DNA of 64,000 nt from the human T2T-CHM13v2.0 reference genome, Homo sapiens: assembly GCF_009914755.1 (NCBI RefSeq), contig NC_060926.1. One strand, 5' to 3'. The notes under the pieces were generated by a model. It made no database searches, was not told the DNA's origin, and saw only the letters and a program-made list of their open reading frames with translations. This document shows, in pieces, positions 53,633-64,000 of the stretch. The first letter of the stretch is position 1. Each line of letters opens with the position of its first letter. The translations under genes and the position numbers were made by a program.

Positions 53633-56029
53633 ACGCTCTCCATTCTCTTCTGGGCCTACCTCACACCAAATTTAGAAATTTGTATCCAGAGGGACTTTGG
53701 AGACCATCTTTTCTCATTTTCCCTTTATACCCATTTTACAGACAAGTAAACGGAGACCCAGAAAGGTGAACGGCCCTGTTAGAGTCTCACAGTGAATTAG
53801 TAGCAGAGCCAGCACTGGAACCCACTTCTCCTGACCTTTGGCCCTGTGGTTTTCCCACCACACCACCTAGGCGTGCCTCATACAATCTGTCTGGAGAGTT
53901 TCCTTCCTTTTTTGAGAGGGAGGGAGAGAACAAGGAGCATTGTATCCCACATCAGTTGGGAATTCACACATCTCCCAGCAGCTTTAAGGAAGCCTGGGCA
54001 GTGGCAGCCTAGAACTTTGGCTGTTCAGGTTGCCAGCCCTCAGGGCTTTGCTCTGAAGCTTACTCCGGCCGTCCCCAGCCTCCCCCAGCCTCCCTGCTAG
54101 GGAGGAGCCTGCCTCCGGAGCCGGCCTGGTGCCTCATAGGCCTCCTCTTGGGAGGTTCCCTCTGTGCCCTGTGGCGGCGACTCTGAGGAGGTGGGGAGGG
54201 GAGGGTGTGTGTGGCTTGTGGGTGGGTACATGGTGCTGCTGACACACTCAAGCTGGAACCATGTTGATCTCACCGCCCCTGAACACTTCCTATGTCGACA
54301 GCTCCCACAAGTTGCCCCACACCTCACCAGTCAGGGGAGAGACTTCTAGGTCAGTCAGGAGGCCAAAAGTTGTCCAGAAGCAGCCAAGGGGGAAGGAGGG
54401 CTTGAACTGGGTCAAGGCCAGCCTCCTTCTTTTCTGCCTCTCATTAGCGAGGGATCTAGGGGGCTTCCTGGGCCTTAAGGGGAGCCCTGGTGGCCCTTTC
54501 AGTGGTGAGCCCTAAACCCAGGCCTGCAGCAGGGCCATAAGGCTTTCTTGGCAATTCTGCTGGGCTCAAGACAAGACAGGTTTAGGAGCAGGAAGTATTC
54601 AGGGCCTTGGCCAAATGGCCTCATGACCTCAGCCGGGCTGTGGACTTCCCTCTGTGTGACAGGCATGGGATTGTCCTCTCTGGTGCTGTGATGATTGTCC
54701 TCTCTTTGCTGTTCAAAACATCACAGCAACAGACCTCCAGGGCTAAAGGGAGCATTGTGGGACTCTGACTTGGACCCAACCAGGACAGTGGCTCTTTCCT
54801 TCATGGGGTGACCTGAAGTCCAGGCAGTATCCCTCCTTGGGGTAGCTTCTCCCTGCTCCTCCAAAAGTAGCTTTGATTTTGCCCCCAGGTGTCCCGTGAG
54901 AGCTGACCCAGGTCTTATTCCCCTTGAGATCTTCTAAGCTCCTAGTGTAGCACCGGGCAGTTAGTAGGTGTGCAGTCAACGTCTGATAACTGAATGGGTG
55001 GGCTTTCCCTTTGTGTTGCTTTCTGCTTTGGCCCACAGCCGTCTCCTTGTGTCACCTCTGCCTGAGAGAGGCATTGGGGTCACAGCTCTGCAGGGCTCTG
55101 TAGAACCAGAGCATTTGCCCTGCTCAGTAGAGCAGAGTTCATGCTTTCCGGTATGAGTGACAGATTCCTAACTGTCTCACTGGAAGAAGCTAGATCCTAA
55201 GCTCTTTGCAGGGGAATCTTCCTTTGTTTGGTTCGCAGATAAATCCCAAGCCCGTAGAACTTCATCTTGCACATGGAACCAGGTGCTCACTTGTTGAGTG
55301 GACAGATATGGTGGGCAGCAGGATTTTACCTGCTGGGGGCTCCTCTTCCTTTTGCATGTCCTGTCCAACTTAGCACTGTACCAGGCATGTGGGGGAGTAC
55401 CTGGGGTTGAACCGTGAGCAGCTGGCACCCTGGGATTGGCAGAGGAAATCGGGAGTGGAGTGGCACTCTTGGCCCTCCCATCAGCAACATAACATTCCCC
55501 CCTGGGTGGTTCTTAACCTGTGTGGGGACTCCAGGCCCAGCTACTTAACAAAATGGGGATAATGAGGCTTGCAGAGCAGGCAGAGTGATGGGAGGAGAAA
55601 TTAGCCAGGGTTTGGAAGAAGCTGCTTAAGTGGGTGGGGCCACGCCTGGCTGGCAGGAGGGGACTCTTGGAGAAGCATCCCCAGCTCCTTCTCTCTGGCC
55701 TGAGCACTGAATCAGGGCTGATGTGATAGGTGCTGCCATCATGCCTGGGCCAGTGAATCTCTGACCCATTGCTGTCCTGTTTAAACATGGACTTTAAACT
55801 TGGACATCACCTTCCGGGGCAGATTCAGCTCAAAAGAGCCCTCCCAGGCAGCCAGACATCAGGGATCCACATGTTCTGGGGCCTCTGAGTCCAGCCATGC
55901 TCCTCTTGCCCTTCCTTCTCCTTTCTCCATTTCCAGAAGGGCTTCTTGCCTTACTTAAAATACAGTTTTTAAAAAATACTGTGAACCATTGTCTCTGTTC
56001 TAACCATGATCCTTGGCTTTGGCCTCTAG

Positions 56030-56152
<123 letters not shown>

Positions 56153-56966
56153 TAGGGTGGGAGCACCTCTGGGTGGGCTGGAGTGAGAGCCCCGGGGGTC
56201 CTGATCCTCTCTCCCACAGCTGTCTCCTTACCCACAAATGCCCTACAGATGAGTCAGTGGAGATAGAGCTTTCCTTCCTTTGGACACATGGGTCAGCATT
56301 GTGTTGATTGAAAAGAGAGAGAGAGAGGGAGGTGGCGTTTAGCACCAGCCAGGGCCCAGAGGGAAGAAATGAACAACCTTCTGTGGGGGTGCTAGCCACG
56401 GTTTTTACGCAGCACCTGAGTGTTCTCTGCTCACAGAACTGTGGGGGCTCCTGGGTGAGGGATGATGGAGGGTGGGAGCCAGGGCAGGTCCAGACCTGCC
56501 CCATCCAGGGCTGCTTCCCGAGGTTCCAGCCACTCCCATGCCTGCCGCCATCAGGAGTGGCCCAGCCTGGCCTAAGCACTCTGGGTTGGGCCAGGGAGAA
56601 GTCTTGATGGAGATAGGTCACGTGGCAGCAGGGTTGTATTTTCTTGGGGTTTTCTCATTTCCTTTATGGGCAGGCGGGTTCCCCACCTCTATCATGAACT
56701 CAGAGCTGTGGCCATGGTACCGCGTGCTGCTCTTGTGAGTCACTCTCCCGTGCCGCCTAATTGCCCAGACCTGGGGACCCACAGCCCTGCCCTTCCCTCT
56801 GTTAAGCTTGACCTGACCAACGTCACGTAACTCCCTTCAGAGCCTGGCCCTGCAGGAAGGGCCGTGTGCTGTGTGGAGGAAGCCCCGAGCCAGGGTTGAC
56901 TCTCCCCAGTGGAATGCTTTCAGAGTGAGGAGATGAGAGAGACTCTGTCAGTGGTCCTCACAGTGA

Positions 56967-57311
<345 letters not shown>

Positions 57312-58121
57312 CATCCCCTCACTTGAGTTAATGTTTCCAGGTACCATCCACCCACTTAGGCTTGTCTTTCTCTGTCCTGCAGCCCTCACTCTGGGGTGTT
57401 GAATGAATTGAATTGCGTGAATTCTGTGATGCCTGTAGTAATGGCCCTCGGAGGTGTTAGAGCCGGGGAGGATGAGTGGGAATTCTTCATTCCCAGGTGA
57501 GGCAGATCCACAATCCACTTCCTCAGCGGGCCCTCCCACCACTAACCTTTCTGTGATTGGCACTTCAAGGAGCTGTGCCCCATGTGGCGCTCCTCACCAC
57601 CCGCCCCGGAATAGCCCTGCCCCCTGAGGCTCCTCTACTTTCCTTCCCTCCTCCCAGAGGCCTCACACCCTACTCCCCTGCCTCCCCCACCTCCCCCGCC
57701 CTCTGACCCAGCCACCCAGGCCCCTGAGCCACATCCTCCACAGGAAGCCTCTCAGAAGCTCATGACGTTCGTCAGACCCTTGAGACAGACGGAAACTGTT
57801 TTTCACTCCGGAATATGCTGTCCTCTGCTGAACGAAGCCCTTGCCCGTATGTCCTCACTGATGAACAGGAATCCATGTTAGGGAAAACGTGGGGAGGAGG
57901 CTGGTGACACACACCTCTTCCCCTCCCACAGCGGCCCCTCCACGTGCACTTGCTCGCTTCTGCTTCTCTGGCTGGGGATGAAAGAAGGGGGCTGAGGTCC
58001 TTGCGGGGTGACCCTGGCATCCTCACAGGCCCTCTCGGGCTGTCACGTTACTTCTGTGTCAAGCGTGGTGGCTGAACCAAATGTTCTCTGAGGGTTCTGG
58101 GAGTCCTGAAATATGTGCTTA

Positions 58122-58531
<410 letters not shown>

Positions 58532-58739
58532 CTAGGGATACAGGAGTGTGCATGACAAAGTCTCCACTCTCTAGCAGCCTAGGGCTTAGCGTTTATCCAT
58601 CCACAGGTGGGCTGGCATGGGGTTGGGGAGTAAGAGAAGGAGAGAGGTGGGTAGAGCTGTGTTCCGTACCCCCTTCTCCATGCAGATCTCTGCAGTACTC
58701 ACCCCTCAGGGGTACCGAGGGGGCAGTCCTGGCACCAAG

Positions 58740-58970
58740 GCCATAGAACATAGACCCTGGAGTCAGATACATTGGGAATCAAATCTGGGCTACCCCACCT
58801 GCTAGCTCGGTGACTTTGGAAAATTAACAGAACCCCTCTGAACCTCAGTTTCCTCATCTGCAAAATGGGGCGATGATAACATCTGCTTCCAAAAAACTCC
58901 TGGAAGATTGAATGAGATCATCTCTGAAATGCTTAACACTGTGCCCTGCACAAAGTAGGTGCTGGGTTAT
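58740..58970 (+). mobile_element. MIR SINE
   Basis: ctctgaacctcagtttcctcatctgcaaaatggggcgatgataa MIR core. Confidence 0.75.
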
Positions 58971-59149
58971 GGCAGCTGCAGTTGTTGTCTTACCCCCTCT
59001 CCAAGCTGACTTTCCTTCTTTGGAAATGAAAGGAATCTTGAGCCTCCAGGTGACTGAGAGACTCAGACCAGCGGGGTCTGTGGTTAGGTGTGTGAGCCTC
59101 TGCTCTCACAGTGTCTGAGAACATTACTGGTTTTCTCTTTCCTGCCTAG

Positions 59150-59200
59150 ATTGGTCCCTGGCAGGTTGCTGTCCCTCACATCCCTCTCTTTCCATGGCAG
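59150..59200 (+). CDS. FOSL2: Candidate in-frame 5' extension of exon 4 via upstream acceptor (+17 aa [17 protein letters not shown])
   Basis: Pyrimidine tract ttttctctttcctgcctAG ending 59149; 51 nt, stop-free and in frame with exon 4. Confidence 0.55.
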
Positions 59201-59719
59201 GAGACAGAGGAGCTGGAGGAGGAGAAGTCAGGCCTGCAGAAGGAGATTGCTGAGCTGCAGAAGGAGAAGGAGAAGCTGGAGTTCATGTTGGTGGCTCACG
59301 GCCCAGTGTGCAAGATTAGCCCCGAGGAGCGCCGATCGCCCCCAGCCCCTGGGCTGCAGCCCATGCGCAGTGGGGGTGGCTCGGTGGGCGCTGTAGTGGT
59401 GAAACAGGAGCCCCTGGAAGAGGACAGCCCCTCGTCCTCGTCGGCGGGGCTGGACAAGGCCCAGCGCTCTGTCATCAAGCCCATCAGCATTGCTGGGGGC
59501 TTCTACGGTGAGGAGCCCCTGCACACCCCCATCGTGGTGACCTCCACACCTGCTGTCACTCCGGGCACCTCGAACCTCGTCTTCACCTATCCTAGCGTCC
59601 TGGAGCAGGAGTCACCCGCATCTCCCTCCGAATCCTGCTCCAAGGCTCACCGCAGAAGCAGTAGCAGCGGGGACCAATCATCAGACTCCTTGAACTCCCC
59701 CACTCTGCTGGCTCTGTAA
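59201..59719 (+). CDS. FOSL2: FOSL2 coding exon 4 (aa 155-326: leucine zipper, VKQE SUMO-type motif, FTYP ERK-docking motif, C-terminal [13 protein letters not shown])
   Basis: CAG acceptor ending 59200; heptads L159/L166/L173/L180/H187; Fos-family C-terminus ending TAA at 59717-19; 34+84+36+172 = 326 aa. Confidence 0.98.
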
Positions 59720-62700
59720 CCCAGTGCACCTCCCTCCCCAGCTCCGGAGGGGGTCCTCCTCGCTCCTCCTTCCCAGGGACCAGCACCTTCAAGCGCTCCA
59801 GGGCCGTGAGGGCAAGAGGGGGACCTGCCACCAGGGAGCTTCCTGGCTCTGGGGGACCCAGGTGGGACTTAGCAGTGAGTATTGGAAGACTTGGGTTGAT
59901 CTCTTAGAAGCCATGGGACCTCCTCCCTCATTCATCTTGCAAGCAAATCCCATTTCTTGAAAAGCCTTGGAGAACTCGGTTTGGTAGACTTGGACATCTC
60001 TCTGGCTTCTGAAGAGCCTGAAGCTGGCCTGGACCATTCCTGTCCCTTTGTTACCATACTGTCTCTGGAGTGATGGTGTCCTTCCCTGCCCCACCACGCA
60101 TGCTCAGTGCCTTTTGGTTTCACCTTCCCTCGACTTGACCCTTCCCTCCCCCAGCGTCAGTTTCACTCCCTCTTGGTTTTTATCAAATTTGCCATGACAT
60201 TTCATCTGGGTGGTCTGAATATTAAAGCTCTTCATTTCTGGAGATGGGGCAGCAGGTGGCTCTTCTGCTGGGGCTGACTTGTCCAGAAGGGGACAAAGTG
60301 CAATACAGAGCCTTCCCTACCCTGACGCCTCCCAGTCATCATCTCCAGAACTCCCAGCGGGGCTCCCTGAGCTCTCAAGGAGATGCTGCCATCACTGGGA
60401 GGCTCAGAGGACCCTTCCTGCCCACCTTCGGAGACGGCTTCTGGAGGAACGGCTTGGCCAGAAGACAGGGTGTGAGTGAGACAGTGGGGCACAGGTTGGG
60501 TTTGCCAAACGCCTAATTACCAGGCCAGGAAGCATGCCAACAAAGCCACACGGGTGTCCTAGCCAGCTTCCCTTCACCTGGTGTCTTGAGTAGGGCGTCT
60601 CCTGTAATTACTGCCTTGCCATTCTGCCCCTGGACCCTTCTCTCCGGACCAGGGAGGCGTCCCTCCCTAGGAGCCACACATTATACTCCAAGTCCCTGCC
60701 GGGCTCCGCCTTTCCCCCACCCTGGCTCTCAGGGTGACGCCACCCACAGAGATTTAATGAGCGTGGGCCTGGACCTTCCCCAGATGCTGCCAGGCAGCCC
60801 CTCCCCAAGCCTCAAAGAAGCATTTGCTGAGGATGGAGAGGCAGGGGAGGGAGGCGGGAGGCCGTCACTGGAGTGGCGTCTGCAGCAGCTGCTGCCCCAG
60901 CACCCGCTCAGCCTGTCCTGGCTGCTCACCTCCCCGCAGGGCACCGGGCCTTTCCTGCCCTCTGTGGTCATCTGCCACCTGCTGGATCAAGTGCTTTCTC
61001 TTTTACACTCCCCTGTCCCCACCCCAGTGCACTCTTCTGGCCCAGGCGGCAAGCAAGCTGTGAACAGCTGGCCTGAGCTGTCGCTGTGGCTTGTGGCTCA
61101 TGCGCCATTCCTGGTTGTCTGTTGAATCTTTCTGGCTGCTGGAGTTGGAGATAGGATGTTTTGCTTCCCACTGCAGGAGAGCTGCCCCCTTTCACGGGGT
61201 TGGGGAAGGGTCCCCCTGGCCTCCAGCAGGAGCACAGCTCAGCAGGGTCCCTGCTGCCCACCCCTCTGAGCCTTTTCTCCCCAGGGTATGGCTCCTGCTG
61301 AGTTTCTTGTCCAGCAGGGCCTTGACAGGAATCCAGGGAGTAGCTCCTGGCCAGAACCAGCCTCTGCGGGGCTTGTGCTCTGCAAAGACTCTGCTGCTGG
61401 GGATTCAGCTCTAGAGGTCACAGTATCCTCGTTTGAAAGATAATTAAGATCCCCCGTGGAGAAAGCAGTGACACATTCACACAGCTGTTCCCTCGCATGT
61501 TATTTCATGAACATGACCTGTTTTCGTGCACTAGACACACAGAGTGGAACAGCCGTATGCTTAAAGTACATGGGCCAGTGGGACTGGAAGTGACCTGTAC
61601 AAGTGATGCAGAAAGGAGGGTTTCAAAGAAAAAGGATTTTGTTTAAAATACTTTAAAAATGTTATTTCCTGCATCCCTTGGCTGTGATGCCCCTCTCCCG
61701 ATTTCCCAGGGGCTCTGGGAGGGACCCTTCTAAGAAGATTGGGCAGTTGGGTTTCTGGCTTGAGATGAATCCAAGCAGCAGAATGAGCCAGGAGTAGCAG
61801 GAGATGGGCAAAGAAAACTGGGGTGCACTCAGCTCTCACAGGGGTAATCATCTCAAGTGGTATTTGTAGCCAAGTGGGAGCTATTTTCTTTTTTGTGCAT
61901 ATAGATATTTCTTAAATGAAGCTGCTTTCTTGTCTTTTATTTCTAAAAGCCCCCTTATACCCCACTTTGTGCAGCAAAGATCCCCGTGCAGGTCACAGCC
62001 TGATTTGTGGCCAGGCTGGACAAATTCCTGAGGCACAACTTGGCTTCAGTTCAGATTTCAAGCTGTGTTGGTGTTGGGACCAGCAGAAGGCAAACGTCCA
62101 GCCAACACACAGGACTGTAAGAGGACTCTGAGCTACGTGCCCTGTGAAGACCCCCAGGCTTTGTCATAGGAGGTCGTTCAGCTTCCCCAAAGTCAGAGGT
62201 GATTTGATTTGGGGAAGACTGAATATTCACACCTAAGTCGTGAGCATATCCTGAGTTTTACTTCCTTATGGCTTGCCCTCCAAGTTCTCTCTCTCATACA
62301 CACACACACCCTTGCTCCAGAATCACCAGACACCTCCATGGCTCCAGCTATGGGAACAGCTGCATTGGGGCTGCCTTTCTGTTTGGCTTAGGAACTTCTG
62401 TGCTTCTTGTGGCTCCACTCGCGAGGCAGCTCGGAGGTGTGGACTCCGATTGGGCTGCAGGCAGCTCTGGGACGGCACAGGGCGGGCGCTCTGATCAGCT
62501 CGTGTAAAACACACCGTCTTCTTGGCCTCCTGGCCAGTCTTTCTGCGAATAGTCCTCTCCCTGGCCAGTTGAATGGGGGAAGCTGCTGGCACAGGAAGGA
62601 GAGGCGATCCCGGCTGAGGCTTAGGAAATTGCTGGAGCCGGCTCCAAGCAGATAATTCACTGGGGAGGTTTTCAGAGTCAAACATCATTCTGCCTGTGTT

Positions 62701-64000
62701 GGGGGCCAGGTGTGTCACACAAGCATCTCAAAGTCAAAAGCCATCTGGGGCTGCTGCTTCTCTTTCTCAGGCTCTGGGGAAAGGAATCTCCCTCTCCTCT
62801 CACTTGATTCCAAGTGTGGTTGAATTGTCTGGAGCACTGGGACTTTTTTTCTCTTTTCCTTGATGGACCAACAGTGCAAATGCAATCTCGCCATTTAACT
62901 TTCAGGTCGATTTCCTTTCCTGATCAGACATCTTTGTGCCCCCTTTAGGAAGGAAAAGAATACACCTACGATGTGCCAGGCACTGTGTTAGGCGCTTTTA
63001 TATAGATCCTCGTTAGGATGAGACTAAGGGATGAGGACATCTCTTTATAAAAGGCCCCTAAGTAATGGATAAACAGAAACACTTAGAGGTGAGAAGGTCT
63101 GTCTTCAAGATCCAAGGTAAGATTGCCTTCAGTCTGATGTTTGTTCTCAAGGACTTATCCCCTACAATATTCTCCCACTCCATACTTCTCCTTCTACCCC
63201 ACCATGTGCTCCCGTGCACTCCTCAGATGGTCAGAGGGGTAACCCAAGTCCTTAGAGAATTTGGGGACCAATAGAATATGTGATGTGTGAATTTTCTTTA
63301 AAAAACTTAAGGAGTCTTTGCTACCTTCTGCTTGTTGAGTTGTTTTGGCATTCATATTAAAAGCCAGCATCTCACTATTTATTGACAGGTTGGGCTGTGT
63401 GTGTGCGCATGTGTGTATACATTTCCAGGCGTGCCTGTGTCCTGTAGCTTTTTAAAAGGAAACCCAGTCATCCCACTATGAATCTGGCATCTTCTTATGC
63501 TTCTAGTGTTTTGGCCATACATCAACCAAGGGGTTTAATTTATCCAATGCTTGACGACATGTTCAGGAGGGGCTGGATCAAATTTTGAGAGGGTTATGGG
63601 AAAGGGAGGGGGAGAAGAAATTGACATTTATTTTATTATTTATTTTAAATGTTTACATCTTCTTTATGTTGTATCAAGCCTGAATAGAAACTGATAGCAT
63701 TAAAATACTCCGTTCCTCTCTCTCTTCTCGCTTCCTTTTTTTTTTTTTTTTTAAATTTAGGATAACACATTTTTGTTTCTAAAGTGATTTGTGATTTGTG
63801 CTGTATAAACTGTATAAAAGGTTCTGTTTTTAAAGGTGGATTTTCATTCCTCTGGGGACAGTGGTCGCCAAGACATCTACATTGTAAGAGAACACAGTGG
63901 AAGATCCTGTCCTGATTCTCAAAAATTATTTTCTCTGTATGATTAAAAGTTTATTCCATTTATTTTAGTTTGTGTTTACTTGATTTTGAGGAAGAAAATA
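59720..64000 (+). other. FOSL2: FOSL2 long 3'UTR, probably extending past the window end
   Basis: Follows the stop codon; ARE nonamer at 63636-44, several miRNA seed matches, variant PAS ATTAAA at 60221, 63356, 63699 and 63942. Confidence 0.8.
63626..63657 (+). promoter_or_regulatory. AU-rich element with an adjacent miR-30 8-mer site
   Basis: ATTTA at 63626, TTATTTATT at 63636-44, TGTTTACA at 63650-57. Confidence 0.65.

Noticed and set aside
59500-59520. DeltaFosB-like cryptic intron in exon 4 (ACG|GTGAGG)
   Set aside because: Single moderate donor with no matching acceptor identified
60586-63274. 3'UTR ORFs (179 aa; 71 aa with a hydrophobic N-terminus; 69 aa)
   Set aside because: No homology or splice support; the last overlaps a MIR-like remnant; would need Ribo-seq evidence

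Overview
This is human (primate) genomic DNA, judged from its Alu, L1PA, MIR and MLT content. It contains FOSL2 (FRA-2, an AP-1/Fos-family bZIP factor) on the + strand. The four coding exons (41014-41115, 51390-51641, 56030-56137, 59201-59719) have GT-AG, phase-0 introns and splice to a 326-aa protein. A CpG-island promoter lies at about 37.4-41.2 kb, followed by an inferred AUG-free 5' leader of about 860 nt; the >4-kb 3'UTR runs off the end of the window. The first ~37 kb is repeat-rich non-coding DNA with several bZIP-motif clusters that may be enhancers. I found no prokaryotic-type system (CRISPR etc.) and no second credible protein-coding gene. The best leads are: (1) an intron-1 array of 13 alternating 38-bp monomers carrying repeated Staf/ZNF143-type motifs interleaved with kappaB-like motifs; (2) built-in routes to bZIP-disrupting isoforms (in-frame upstream exon-4 acceptors, a symmetric exon 3 flanked by inverted Alus, and an alternative 9-codon first exon overlapping the TATA-like box); (3) a GUG-initiated Arg-rich N-terminal extension; (4) a 50-bp L1 micro-insertion with an 18-bp TSD; (5) a tail-to-tail ancient SINE palindrome. 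Repeat subfamily names come from recalled consensus sequences, not from a search.
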